Made by a program: the position numbers and the translations under genes. Below are positions 47,441 through 58,263 of a stretch of 64,000 bases of DNA, in pieces. The notes below the pieces were generated by a model. It was not told the DNA's origin and did not search any database. It saw only the letters and a program-made list of their open reading frames with translations. Source of the DNA: a plasmid; sequence record NZ_CP143948.1, one strand, 5' to 3'. Position 1 is the stretch's first letter, and each line of letters opens with the position of its first letter.

Positions 47441-48852
47441 TACATGAATCCCTCCTCATCCTTGTATGATTTTGTATTTCTGTATGTAACAAGCGCTACG
47501 ATAGAAAGTACAATGAATGTGAGGATACCGATAACGGCACCGATATTGTACTCCTGATTATCAATAGTCAGCTTGTACAACCACGTAACCAGAAGGTCCG
47601 TCTTTCCTGCACTGTCTCCGACAGGTGTAGGCTTTCCTGCTGATAACAGGTAGATAACGTTGAAGTTGTTGATATTTCCGGTAAACTGTGTGATGATATA
47701 TGGTCCCATGATAAACATGATATATGGGAGTGTGATCTTAAAGAAGATCTGTGCTGCGTTTGCACCATCAATCTTTGCAGCCTCATAAAGCTCTGAAGGC
47801 ACATTCTGTAATACACCTGTAACCTGAAGCATAGTATACGGAATACCTACCCAGCAGTTGATGAGAATAACAGAAACTCTCGCCCACATCGTATTGGTCC
47901 AGAATGGAAGCGGGTTATCTATCCAGCCCCACTCCAAAAGCAGGTTATTAACAGCACCCTGTGGCTGGAACATCTGTCTCATTACAAGGAGTGATACGAA
48001 CTGCGGTACCGCAATTGAGATAACAAAGCATGTACGCCAGAAAGCCTTGCAATGTGTCTCTTTACGATTGATAACGATAGCAAGAATGAGTCCAAGGAAG
48101 TTACAAAGGAAGGTTGCAAATACAGCCCAGCAGATTGTCCATCCAAGTACTCTCCAGAATATCTTACCAAGCTTACCACCAAGTCCAAGCACCTGTCCGA
48201 ATGAGGCGAAGCCTGTCCAGTCGAACAATACCAGATGATCACCCTTTACCGAATAATTTGTAAAGGCCATTGGAATCATGAACAGCAATGGTAAAACGGT
48301 AAAAACAAATATTCCCATAAGTGGGAGAAACATAAGTGTCTTATGTAGGTTTTTATCAAATAAATCCTTGACATCTTTGCCAAAAGAATTGATTTCTTTT
48401 CCAGCTTTTGAAAGGCATTCTGCCTTATATCCGCTCTTTAAATTCTCGCACCACATGTAAATAAATAATACTGTGATGGCAATTGTTATGACGCCATATA
48501 ACAGTAATAATACTGACTGGTCGCCCGCAACATATTCATAAATCTGCTTCTGCTCATTAAATACCTCTTCCTGCTTTCTCCAGCCAAGTGAAGGCAGCAT
48601 GGAAATGTAATAAGCACCAGCGCTAACCATATATGCTATATATGCAATCTCTATAGCAAGAAAAATCAGACCCTTTACGATCTGCTTATGAGCTATATTG
48701 GCAAGACCCATTACAAGTGCCGATAGCTTAACTGTAGCTCCGCCTTTTGTTAGGGCATTGCCAACAGTATACGGAGTAGCAAATTCCGAAACTTTTTTCT
48801 TTTTGTTTGCTCCTATCATACTTTTCCTCCTGGCATGCATTATATATGCCAA
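47440..48852 (-). CDS. sugar ABC transporter permease (MalF-like, with N-terminal extension)
   Basis: 8 TM, with an EAA loop …EAAKIDGANAAQ…. Confidence 0.8.
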   Translation of the reverse strand: MAYIMHARRKSMIGANKKKKVSEFATPYTVGNALTKGGATVKLSALVMGLANIAHKQIVKGLIFLAIEIAYIAYMVSAGAYYISMLPSLGWRKQEEVFNEQKQIYEYVAGDQSVLLLLYGVITIAITVLFIYMWCENLKSGYKAECLSKAGKEINSFGKDVKDLFDKNLHKTLMFLPLMGIFVFTVLPLLFMIPMAFTNYSVKGDHLVLFDWTGFASFGQVLGLGGKLGKIFWRVLGWTICWAVFATFLCNFLGLILAIVINRKETHCKAFWRTCFVISIAVPQFVSLLVMRQMFQPQGAVNNLLLEWGWIDNPLPFWTNTMWARVSVILINCWVGIPYTMLQVTGVLQNVPSELYEAAKIDGANAAQIFFKITLPYIMFIMGPYIITQFTGNINNFNVIYLLSAGKPTPVGDSAGKTDLLVTWLYKLTIDNQEYNIGAVIGILTFIVLSIVALVTYRNTKSYKDEEGFM

Positions 48853-48921
48853 TCCTTTAAACTAATTTATTCCAAGATCCCGGCTACCCGGAACCTTGGA
48901 ATCATAATCTGATCTACTTAA

Positions 48922-50190
48922 TTATTTAAGAGAATCATTAAGCTGAGTATTGAAGTCCTCTGTCTTCTGAGCTGCATTGTCCTTTGTAATCTGGCCTTCT
49001 GCACCGTTCTGGAAAGCATCACCGAATGGTGTAGCCGCATCCCAGTAACCTGACATATCAATGATAGGCTGTGCTACTGAACAATCAGTTGAAACCTTAG
49101 CCATAGCTGCTGCTACAGGATCTGCTGCGATTTCCTCGTTTGTTGCAAGATTTTTGTTTACAGGAGCCTGTCCTCTTAACTTGAAGTGAGCAAGCTGTGC
49201 GTCCTCGCTGCCAAGGAATGCTGCAAGCTTAACTGCTACTTCCTGGTTCTTGCAGTTAGGGTTAACACCGATAGCCTTAGATCCTAAGAATGCCTTTAAC
49301 TGGCAGTCTTTTCCACCAATATTGATTGTAGGAAGAGCTGCAACACCAACGTTCTCCTCACCAAGTGCCTCTTTAACTTTGTCATAGTTCCAGTTACCAT
49401 TGAAGTAAGCGTTGATAGAACCATCTTTAAGTCCAGCAAGACCAAGTGATCCCTCATTGTTATCCATTACAAAGTTTGGATTTGCAAATAAATCTACGAT
49501 GTAGTTTGTAACTGCTGTACCCTTATCTCCACCGAAATCATATCCGGCAGCCTTGTCTGTTCCGTCTCCGAAGATTGTACATCCGTTTGCTGCATAGAAT
49601 GCATTGAGATACCAGCCGTTATCAAATGGGAATGAAACCTTACCCTTTGTAAGCATTGTATCAAGGCTCTTTACATCATCCTCAGAGAAGACTCTCTTGT
49701 CATAGTACATGAACCATGTGTTTGATGTATAAGGAACTGCGTAGATGTCTCCATCATATGTAACTGTTGCAGCCATAGCCTCTGAGTTAGATGTCTTAAC
49801 ATAATCTGCTGTCTCTCCACCTAACTTGGCAATAGCATCTGCCTTAATTAATGGCTCAAGCTGATCGTTTGCAAACATGTAAACATCAGCTGCTGCCTTA
49901 GGATCCTTTGTAACAACATCCTTTGCGTCTGACTCAGATGATGTAACATACTTGAACTCGATGTTGAAATCAGGATTTGCCTTAGCGAATGCCTCGCACT
50001 CTGTCTTAAGCCAAGCGCCCTGTGCATCGTCTAAATCCTCTGCAGGTCCCATTACTGTAATGGTCTCCTTACCGCCGTCCTTCTTGTCGGCTTTCTCTGT
50101 TCCATTTCCTCCGTTGTCGCTTCCGCATCCAGCAAACATTGTTGCTACCATAGAAGCGCAAAGTAAAGATGCTAATACTTTCTTCTTCAT
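48922..50190 (-). CDS. sugar-binding lipoprotein (MalE-like). Start at internal Met.
   Basis: MKKKVLASLLCASMVATMFAGC lipobox. Confidence 0.7.
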   Translation of the reverse strand: MKKKVLASLLCASMVATMFAGCGSDNGGNGTEKADKKDGGKETITVMGPAEDLDDAQGAWLKTECEAFAKANPDFNIEFKYVTSSESDAKDVVTKDPKAAADVYMFANDQLEPLIKADAIAKLGGETADYVKTSNSEAMAATVTYDGDIYAVPYTSNTWFMYYDKRVFSEDDVKSLDTMLTKGKVSFPFDNGWYLNAFYAANGCTIFGDGTDKAAGYDFGGDKGTAVTNYIVDLFANPNFVMDNNEGSLGLAGLKDGSINAYFNGNWNYDKVKEALGEENVGVAALPTINIGGKDCQLKAFLGSKAIGVNPNCKNQEVAVKLAAFLGSEDAQLAHFKLRGQAPVNKNLATNEEIAADPVAAAMAKVSTDCSVAQPIIDMSGYWDAATPFGDAFQNGAEGQITKDNAAQKTEDFNTQLNDSLK

Positions 50191-50265
50191 ATCTTCCTCT
50201 CCTTTTTGAATATAAAATGTAAAAAAGTATATATATAAATTGCCGTGCAACTTATATCAAATTAA

Positions 50266-51768
50266 TTATCTGCGGTAAACCACCGCAATGTTTCTAATCC
50301 AGGCTATCTTTTCGTTGTCCAGTCTGTGTGGCTTACTTGTCATGCGCCATCTCCAGTTATGTCCGACTGTCGAAGGATAATTCATCCTCGCCTCATTTCC
50401 AAGCTCTAATATATCCTGCATCTGGACTATCGCCAGCTCTGCGGTGCTGTGATACAGCTCCCTGATAAGAGCGTTTGGAACCTGTGATTTATTTTCAATA
50501 TTCAGATACTCATACATATAAGCAAGCTCATAATCTGTCTTGTCACTGAATGAACCAACTATCGTCTCATTGTCATGTGTGCCAATATATGCAACTACAT
50601 GTGAATCGGTATAATTGTGTGGCAGATATTCGTTTGTCGGATCACCATCAAAAGCGAACATCATGACCTTAGTTCCCATCCAGCCCGATTTTGCAAGGAG
50701 CTTTTTCACTCCCGGTAAAAGGCTTGCTGATGTATAATCATCAGCCACTACATTAACCCCTTCAAGCTCTTCGTTAATTGCATTGACAAGCCTGCGTCCC
50801 GGTCCCTTGAACCATTTCCCGGATAGGCTCTTATCCTGTCCGTACGGTACCGCATATGCTTTCACAATTCCTGCGAAATGATCAATCCTGACAATATCAA
50901 AAAGTTCTCTGCATACACGCATTCGCTTTCTCCACCATGAGAAGTTGTCCTCCTTCATGGCATCCCAGTCATACATCGGATTGCCCCACACCTGTCCGCT
51001 CTCTGAATACTTATCAGGACCGGCAGCTGCAACATACTCTGGTGTATCGTTTGCGCTCATCATAAAGAGTTGTCTCTCTGCCCACACATCTACACTGTCA
51101 TATCCTACATAGAATGAGATATCGCCTATTATGTAGACACCTTTTGAGTTAGCATAATTTTTTAAATCCTCCCATTGCTCGAAGAATTTATATTGACAGA
51201 ACTTCCAAAAAGTAATTGTATTATAATTCTTTTTTTGGTACTTTTCAAGCGCAACCGTTTGCGGATTTCTATACTCGTTTGGCCACTCGCTCCAATTTTT
51301 GTATAAATTGTCGGTTTTCAGTGTCATAAATAATGCATATTGCTCAAGCCACTCCGACTGTTTTTTTACAAAATCCTGAAACTCTTGTGCATTTGTATCA
51401 AATCTTTCAAACGCTTTTTGTAAAATCCTGCATCTGTTCTGATGTAATGCTGCATAATCAATTTCTGATTCGTCTGTGCCCCAGTTATACCCCAGGATCT
51501 CTTCCTTCTCTAACAACCCCTCATCTACCAGCTTATCTAAATCTATGAAATAGATATTGCCCGCACAGCCTGATGATGGTTGATATGGACTATCGCCAAA
51601 TATGGTGGGGCCAACCGGAAGAACCTGCCAGTACTTCTGTTTCAAATCACCAAGGAGATCAACAAAATTGTAAGCCTCTCTCCCAAGAGTACCTATACCA
51701 TATGGTGACGGCAGACTCGAGATTGAAAGAAGTATTCCGGAGCCTCTGAGATTTTCTCTGGCCTCCAA
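50266..51768 (-). CDS. malQ: 4-alpha-glucanotransferase (amylomaltase, GH77)
   Basis: 500 aa with GH77 profile: …GIGTLGREAYNFVDLL…, …DSPYQ… and …GDISFYVGYDS…. Confidence 0.8.
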   Translation of the reverse strand: MEARENLRGSGILLSISSLPSPYGIGTLGREAYNFVDLLGDLKQKYWQVLPVGPTIFGDSPYQPSSGCAGNIYFIDLDKLVDEGLLEKEEILGYNWGTDESEIDYAALHQNRCRILQKAFERFDTNAQEFQDFVKKQSEWLEQYALFMTLKTDNLYKNWSEWPNEYRNPQTVALEKYQKKNYNTITFWKFCQYKFFEQWEDLKNYANSKGVYIIGDISFYVGYDSVDVWAERQLFMMSANDTPEYVAAAGPDKYSESGQVWGNPMYDWDAMKEDNFSWWRKRMRVCRELFDIVRIDHFAGIVKAYAVPYGQDKSLSGKWFKGPGRRLVNAINEELEGVNVVADDYTSASLLPGVKKLLAKSGWMGTKVMMFAFDGDPTNEYLPHNYTDSHVVAYIGTHDNETIVGSFSDKTDYELAYMYEYLNIENKSQVPNALIRELYHSTAELAIVQMQDILELGNEARMNYPSTVGHNWRWRMTSKPHRLDNEKIAWIRNIAVVYRR

Positions 51769-52022
51769 ATTACCATTCCTCTTTCCTAAAATTTTCTATT
51801 TTTTTCGTATCTGAGATTATTTTATTTCCTATTGTCAGATTTGTCAATCTTTTTAGTGGTTTTAAACTCATTTTTGCCATTTTTCACGTAATTTACATTC
51901 ATTTTTTGGTAGTTATTACCACAGTTTCGAAGATTTTTTTCGAAAAATTTATTACAGAAAATATTGCCTATTTCTGATAGTAAATGTATAATTTAATTAT
52001 CACATAAGAAAGGACAAATACT

Positions 52023-53036
52023 ATGGCTACTATTAAGGATATTGCCGCCCGGCTGGGCGTGTCAATCAGCACTGTTTCAAAGGGATTAAATGGTGCCAGC
52101 GATATAAGTGAGGAGCTTCGTCAGACAGTTTTAGACACTGCTGTCGAAATGGGCTACAGCACAAAGCGCTCCAGAAAGGTAGAAAACCGCAAGCTGGCTC
52201 TGTTTATTGAAAATATGAACTACGAGTCTATCGATGAGTTCGGATATGATGTAGTGCTTGGTTTCAAACAGAATGCTTTTAAGCACAAATGGGACGTGGA
52301 CATCATCCCTGTCACACCTCAGCTTCAGGCAGAAGAAAAATATGATACATATATATTAAAGAATGGCTATTGTGGCGCATTTCTGGTAGGTTTTGCTCTT
52401 CACGATGAATGGATGCAGCAGCTCAAAAATACTACAATGCCTACCGTTTTGTTTGATAACTATATAGAAAACAATCCCAATGTAGCCTATGTAGGCACCG
52501 ACAGCTACGAGGGCATTGACATGGCTGTAAAGCATCTGCACAATCTGGGTCATAAAAAGATTGCCTTTATCAATGGTTCTCTTTTTTCCCTGGTTTCAGA
52601 TCAGCGTCAGGAAGCCTTTGAAAACTCTATGCGCGATGCCGGTCTTGAAATCTACCCGGAGCTCATGGGACACGGCTACTATATTCCTGAAACCGCACAG
52701 TATTACGTTTCAAATTTTATTGCAGCAGGTGCCACCGCTATCCTCTGCGGAAGCGACACTATAGCAAAGGGTGTTATCTTAGAGTGCCAGCTGCACGGCT
52801 TCAATGTGCCAAATGATATAAGTGTGGTAGGCTTTGACGATGTCAAGTTTGCCGCAGCCCTTACCCCTCCTCTTACCACTATCAGACAGGAGCGTAATGA
52901 TCTGGGCCGCTGTGCATATATTATATTGAATTCGCTCATTCACCATATTCCAATCAGCCGCACACAGCTACGTCCGATGCTGATTGAAAGAGAATCTACT
53001 GCACGAGTTTCCACCGCACATGCTGCTGAGGAATAG
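52023..53036 (+). CDS. LacI-family regulator (MalR-like), divergent from the mal operon
   Basis: HTH MATIKDIAARLGVSISTVSKGLNG. Extended -10 TGTATAAT upstream. Confidence 0.8.
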   Translation: MATIKDIAARLGVSISTVSKGLNGASDISEELRQTVLDTAVEMGYSTKRSRKVENRKLALFIENMNYESIDEFGYDVVLGFKQNAFKHKWDVDIIPVTPQLQAEEKYDTYILKNGYCGAFLVGFALHDEWMQQLKNTTMPTVLFDNYIENNPNVAYVGTDSYEGIDMAVKHLHNLGHKKIAFINGSLFSLVSDQRQEAFENSMRDAGLEIYPELMGHGYYIPETAQYYVSNFIAAGATAILCGSDTIAKGVILECQLHGFNVPNDISVVGFDDVKFAAALTPPLTTIRQERNDLGRCAYIILNSLIHHIPISRTQLRPMLIERESTARVSTAHAAEE

Positions 53037-53070
53037 CCTGCATATACACCACCTTCCAAAGGAGTCAAAA

Positions 53071-55206
53071 TTGTTCAAACGCAAACATGTAACCACTTTA
53101 ATTACATATTCGCTGGTATTTTTCAGTGCAATCTCCATGACAGCCTGCTCTTTTTCGGATGTCTCTTATCTATTTAAGAGTCCCGCACAAAAGCAGGCTA
53201 TTCTGCACAAATCACCTGCGTTTTGGGAGGATACCACAAGTGTTAAAGGAAGCAGCAATCTGTCTATCCTGCACAATGTCGCCTTTGAGGGGCAGCCGTA
53301 CAATGATACAAGACAGTTTGGTGATAACATCCTTATGGTAGGACAGGGCAGCTACAATAATTCCATCATAGAGACCGATGATCAATCTGTTCAGTATTCA
53401 TTTGATGTATATAATCCCTGGTCCAATGAAATCACGGCAAGCCTCACTCACGACAAAACCGACTGTGATGACTACATGATAAAAGGTGACCGACTCTGGC
53501 TCATCAATTCCGATGCCGGCAGGGCAACAATCTATGATAAGGATTTAAAGGAGATAAAAACCTGCAAATATAATCCTGAGGACTATGATGGCAATTGCGA
53601 TACATCAGATTCTGATGATGGCGATGTGCCGAATCCCGGCAATTATTATGATGTCTCACAGATTGCCACCTCCGCTGACGGAAAATACGCTCTCGTGTCA
53701 GGTGTCACACCCGATACCTACAAATATGCAGTCTCTGATATAAGGATTGACGATAACACAGTGCTTTCAACCTACGAAGGACAAAGTTTTTCCATGTCAT
53801 GTGTCGACTCAAAGGGCTTTGTAATCGAGGCAGATACGGCCAACAATATCTGGAACTATCATTCATCCGATGGAGAAAACAGCTTTTTTTCACTGCCGGA
53901 TGTGGTGGATGTGACTTTGGCAGAGGATGGTGACATGCTCATACGATGCCAGGATTTATCCTCGGACAACATCATCAGTTACTATAAATATTCACCCGCC
54001 ACCGGTGTCAGTTCATCCTTTTCATACAATCTGGCGACTCGAAACACAGGCAAAATGTCCGACAGCTCATCCGACTCTGCGGCAGCCGATACCAAGACCT
54101 ACTGTTCTGCCAACTCGGTATATCTGCCTGATGCAAACTGTGTTATGATGCTTTTGTACACAGCGCAGTGCAACCCGGAAATTCTCATCTGGTCACTCGA
54201 CAAGGGCAAGAATGACAGCAAAGCCGAAATCACGTCATACAATGACTGTGATACACTGCTACAGGCCTTACGCGATGATGGCTCATATGTATCCCCATAT
54301 TCTGCCATAGACCCATCTGACAGTACCGATGAAAATCAGGAGGCTATGGAAGAGGCCGGGAAGGATTCTGACTACAATACATACGGCGACGAGGTCACCC
54401 TGATACCTGACACCGCGTCATATGACTGGGGTGATTTATCCGACATAAATGCACGTATCACAGCCCTTGAACAGAAATACGGCTTTTCCATATATTTCGG
54501 GCCTGAGGTGCCAAAGAGAATTGATTACTACGATATCCATCAATTCAAGAACAAGGATAAGCTGTCGATCGCTCTGGATTCGCTTGAGGAAATACTTGAC
54601 TGTTTCCCTGATGACTTTTTCACACAGCTGTGTTATGGCGATATAAGAGGCATGCGAATCTATCTGTGCGGTGATATTTCATCAGGCCACTCAGATATGA
54701 TAAATGAGCCAAGTGGCTTTATAAATGTAATAAACAACCACAATGTGATGGTTCTAAACTGCAACTACAGCTGGGATTTCAGCTACACCGTTGGCCATGA
54801 GATTTCCCATCTGATTGACCAGAGGCTTGCTTTCATACATACCTATAATGACAAGAGCGAGTTTTCCGAGGAGAAATGGAACAGCTTTAACCCTGACAGC
54901 TTCTCTTATGATGACAGCTACGCAAACTACAATCCAGATGATCCATCGAGCCACATATCCGGGTATTTCATTGATTCCTACGGCATGACCTTTGCAACAG
55001 AGGACCGCTCTGAAATATTCGGAACCGCGATAGACGATTATATTAACGGCATTTATGATGATGCAAGATTCACAGATGATTCGCCGATACGAAACAAGCT
55101 GGACTACTACAGCAGATGTATCCGTTATGGCTTTGATACAAAGGGCTGGCCTGATACGATGTCATGGGAGTCTGTGCTTACCGCCACCGGGGCGCAGGCC
55201 GATTAA
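53071..55206 (+). CDS. lipoprotein with an HEXXH zinc-metallopeptidase motif
   Basis: TTG start 7 nt after AAAGGAG. Lipobox SMTAC. HExxH motif …VGHEISHLIDQRL… D/S-rich low-complexity stretches. Confidence 0.5.
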   Translation: MFKRKHVTTLITYSLVFFSAISMTACSFSDVSYLFKSPAQKQAILHKSPAFWEDTTSVKGSSNLSILHNVAFEGQPYNDTRQFGDNILMVGQGSYNNSIIETDDQSVQYSFDVYNPWSNEITASLTHDKTDCDDYMIKGDRLWLINSDAGRATIYDKDLKEIKTCKYNPEDYDGNCDTSDSDDGDVPNPGNYYDVSQIATSADGKYALVSGVTPDTYKYAVSDIRIDDNTVLSTYEGQSFSMSCVDSKGFVIEADTANNIWNYHSSDGENSFFSLPDVVDVTLAEDGDMLIRCQDLSSDNIISYYKYSPATGVSSSFSYNLATRNTGKMSDSSSDSAAADTKTYCSANSVYLPDANCVMMLLYTAQCNPEILIWSLDKGKNDSKAEITSYNDCDTLLQALRDDGSYVSPYSAIDPSDSTDENQEAMEEAGKDSDYNTYGDEVTLIPDTASYDWGDLSDINARITALEQKYGFSIYFGPEVPKRIDYYDIHQFKNKDKLSIALDSLEEILDCFPDDFFTQLCYGDIRGMRIYLCGDISSGHSDMINEPSGFINVINNHNVMVLNCNYSWDFSYTVGHEISHLIDQRLAFIHTYNDKSEFSEEKWNSFNPDSFSYDDSYANYNPDDPSSHISGYFIDSYGMTFATEDRSEIFGTAIDDYINGIYDDARFTDDSPIRNKLDYYSRCIRYGFDTKGWPDTMSWESVLTATGAQAD

Positions 55207-55227
55207 ATGATAATTTCAGAATAACAC

Positions 55228-55259
55228 AAAAACCTCAAGTCATACGACTTGAGGTTTTT
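55228..55259. terminator. rho-independent terminator (bidirectional)
   Basis: aaacctcaagtc-atac-gacttgaggtttttt. Confidence 0.65.
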
Positions 55260-55262
55260 TAA

Positions 55263-55344
55263 TGGGCAGAGATGGATTCGAACCATCGAAGCAAGTTGCA
55301 GCAGATTTACAGTCTGTCCCCTTTGGCCACTCGGGAATCTGCCC
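55263..55344 (-). tRNA. tRNA-Tyr (GTA), type II long variable arm, CCA not encoded
   Basis: 7-bp acceptor stem GGGCAGA/TCTGCCC. Anticodon loop CTGTAAA. T-loop GGTTCGAATCC. The arm sequence GACTGTAAATC is shared with Bacillus tRNA-Tyr. Confidence 0.75.
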
Positions 55345-55620
55345 ATGTATTCAATTACGATACTTGCATAGTTTATCACAACATATGTGATTATGCAAGC
55401 ATATTTTTTAACTATTCAGAACCCCCACGCACATTCGCAAAACCGCACGATACTCGTGCTTTACCGCCGCTACGCAGCTAATTTTGCTCATATGTGTGGG
55501 GGTGGCTCTATTCGAGCCCCCTTGAGAACAAGAAAATCTGCTGCTTACATGCAAGCATGACGCATCAGCTTTTCTTGTTCTCAATTGTTCTGAATAGTTA
55601 CTATTTTTTTAAATTAAAAA

Positions 55621-55642
55621 AGACAGCCTGCGATCGGCTGCC
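55621..55642 (-). terminator. ftsH terminator
   Basis: Minus strand reads ggcagcc-gatcgc-aggctgtc followed by T7. Confidence 0.5.
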
Positions 55643-55852
55643 TTTTAGGAGAAGGTATTTTTACTATGGGGTATAGCAAAAACTATATAATGTATTGGGG
55701 GGTTTTTACGGTTATTATAATATCACGGTTATAACGATAAGTGTTCACAAATTGCATAAAAATCGCGGTTTGTTTTTATGCAATTTGTATAGTGCTTTAG
55801 TCATATTTAATATTTTTCATATAGTGATTGTGTACAAAAACATAGTTGTTTT

Positions 55853-57703
55853 TTAAATATTATGTCCAACTGCTGTTTTGCTGTCCTCGTCAAACAGTGC
55901 TTCAAACTCATCTCTTGTGATTTTCTCCTTCTCAAGAAGAAGTGCTGCACATCTGTCAAGCACATCGCGGTACTCTGCTATCATGCTCTTTGCCTTGTCG
56001 TACGACTCGTCGATGATGCGCTTTACCTCGACATCGATTGCCGATGCTATGCCCTCGCTGTAGTTCTTTGCATGGGCGAGGTCTCGTCCGATGAAGACCT
56101 CCTCCTCATCATCGGCATAGCAGATAAGGCCGATATTGTCTGACATACCGTATTTGGTAACCATCTCGCGCGCAAGCTTTGTAGCCTGCTTGATGTCCTG
56201 TGATGCACCTGTGGTGATATCGTCAAACACAAGTTCCTCTGCGACACGACCTCCTAAGTCTACTACGATTTCCTGAAGCATACGTCCCTTTGTGTTGAAC
56301 ATCTCATCCTTCTCAGGCAGAGGCATGGTGTAGCCTGCTGCGCCTGCTCCTGTAGGGATGATCGAAACTGTGTATACAGGTCCCACATCCGGAAGCAGAT
56401 GGAAAAGGATTGCATGTCCTGCCTCGTGGTAGGCTGTGATGCGCTTTTCCTTGTCAGAGATGATACGGCTCTTCTTCTCAGCTCCGATACCAACCTTGAC
56501 GAAGGATTTTCTGATATCATCCTGTGTGATATATTCTCTGTTTTCGCCCGCTGCACGGATTGCTGCCTCATTCATCAGATTCTCAAGGTCTGCACCTGTG
56601 AAGCCTGCGGTAGTCTGTGCAATCTGCTTTAAGTCTACATCCTCTGCAAGAGGTTTTTTCTTGGCATGGACACCTAAAATTTCTTCTCTGCCGCCCACAT
56701 CCGGTCTGCCTACTACAACCTTTCTGTCGAAACGTCCCGGACGCATGATAGCAGGGTCAAGTATATCCACACGGTTTGTGGCTGCCATGACGATAATGCC
56801 CTCATTGACACCAAAGCCATCCATCTCGACAAGCATCTGGTTCAATGTCTGCTCACGCTCGTCGTGTCCGCCGCCCATTCCTGTGCCACGGCGTCTGGCT
56901 ACTGCATCAATCTCATCGATAAATACGATACAAGGCGCATTTTTCTTGGCATCCTCAAACAAATCTCTCACTCGTGAGGCTCCGACTCCGACGAACATCT
57001 CCACGAAATCAGATCCTGAAATGGTGAAAAACGGTACCCCTGCCTCTCCGGCTACTGCCTTGGCAAGGAGAGTCTTACCTGTTCCCGGAGGTCCTACAAG
57101 AAGGACACCCTTTGGGATTCTTGCTCCAAGTCTGGTGTATTTTCCCGGATCACGAAGGAAATCAACTATCTCTGCAATCTCCTCCTTTTCCTCCTTTAGG
57201 CCTGCTACATCGGAAAACTTGATATGGTTCTCCTCCTGTGTAGTGAGCTTCGCACGGTTCTTGCCGAAGTTCATCATCTTGCCACCGCCGCCCTGTGCTG
57301 CTGCGTTGTTGTTCATCACTGCAAAGAGTATGAACATGGCTCCGAATACCAAAAGATACGGAAGCAGTGTCATAATCCAGCTCTCAGCCGGAACATCCGC
57401 AACTGTATAGTCGGTGTACCCTGCTTTTGTCATGGTCTTTTCGATATTGTTTACATCTGATACATAAAGCACCTTTGATGTGCCATCCTTGAACTTCACC
57501 TCCAGACTTCCTGTCGGTATCTCCCTGTTTTGCACTACCTTTACGCTCTTCACCTGATTCTTGTCAAGATCCTTCTCGAACTGACTCTGTGTGTAAGAGT
57601 TTGATGTAGCCCCGGCGCTCAGCCAGTACCAGATGCAGATTACTGCAAATACAATGATAATGTATACGCCTATTCCGCGCATACCGCTTTTTTGTTTATT
57701 CAA
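55853..57703 (-). CDS. ftsH: ATP-dependent zinc metalloprotease FtsH
   Basis: GPPGTGKT Walker A, SRH region, HEAGH zinc site, 2 N-terminal TM. Confidence 0.9.
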   Translation of the reverse strand: MNKQKSGMRGIGVYIIIVFAVICIWYWLSAGATSNSYTQSQFEKDLDKNQVKSVKVVQNREIPTGSLEVKFKDGTSKVLYVSDVNNIEKTMTKAGYTDYTVADVPAESWIMTLLPYLLVFGAMFILFAVMNNNAAAQGGGGKMMNFGKNRAKLTTQEENHIKFSDVAGLKEEKEEIAEIVDFLRDPGKYTRLGARIPKGVLLVGPPGTGKTLLAKAVAGEAGVPFFTISGSDFVEMFVGVGASRVRDLFEDAKKNAPCIVFIDEIDAVARRRGTGMGGGHDEREQTLNQMLVEMDGFGVNEGIIVMAATNRVDILDPAIMRPGRFDRKVVVGRPDVGGREEILGVHAKKKPLAEDVDLKQIAQTTAGFTGADLENLMNEAAIRAAGENREYITQDDIRKSFVKVGIGAEKKSRIISDKEKRITAYHEAGHAILFHLLPDVGPVYTVSIIPTGAGAAGYTMPLPEKDEMFNTKGRMLQEIVVDLGGRVAEELVFDDITTGASQDIKQATKLAREMVTKYGMSDNIGLICYADDEEEVFIGRDLAHAKNYSEGIASAIDVEVKRIIDESYDKAKSMIAEYRDVLDRCAALLLEKEKITRDEFEALFDEDSKTAVGHNI

Positions 57704-57717
57704 TTTACTTCTCCTTT

Positions 57718-58263
57718 TTATTTTATTTCGCCCTCGACGAAGCCGATGTAAGGCAGATTTCTGAACCTCTGATCATAGTCAAGGCCATAGCCTACCACAA
57801 ACTTATCAGGAATCACAAAGCCCACGTAGTCTACATTTACATCATCAACCACACGGCGCTCAGGCTTGTCCAAAAGTGTACAGATTGTGAGACTCTTCGG
57901 GTTTCTTTTGGCAAGGAGCTTTGAAAGCCTGCTAAGAGTATTTCCCGAATCAATGATGTCTTCTATGATGATGACATTCTCTCCCTCGATAGAATGCTCA
58001 AGGTCCTTTTTAATCTTGACATCGCCTGATGACTCTGTGCCTGAGCCATAGCTGGATACCGACATGAAATCCATAGTCATAGGCAAATCAATTCTCTTTG
58101 CAAGCTCAGTGGTAAAGAATATTGAGCCCTTGAGTATGCAAATGAGATATACTGACTGTCCCCTGTATTTTTCTGTGATTTGCGCTCCAATCTCTGCGAT
58201 ACGCTTATTGAGCTGCTCCTCTGTCAGGTAAACCGAAATATCATATTTTTTTGAAAAATCCAT
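57718..58263 (-). CDS. hpt: hypoxanthine-guanine phosphoribosyltransferase. Start at internal Met.
   Basis: GGAGG RBS before ATG(58263). PRPP-binding motif VIIIEDIIDSGNT. Confidence 0.85.
   Translation of the reverse strand: MDFSKKYDISVYLTEEQLNKRIAEIGAQITEKYRGQSVYLICILKGSIFFTTELAKRIDLPMTMDFMSVSSYGSGTESSGDVKIKKDLEHSIEGENVIIIEDIIDSGNTLSRLSKLLAKRNPKSLTICTLLDKPERRVVDDVNVDYVGFVIPDKFVVGYGLDYDQRFRNLPYIGFVEGEIK

Noticed and set aside
56436-57410. 324-aa plus-strand ORF antisense to ftsH
   Set aside because: ftsH is unambiguous, so this is a shadow ORF.
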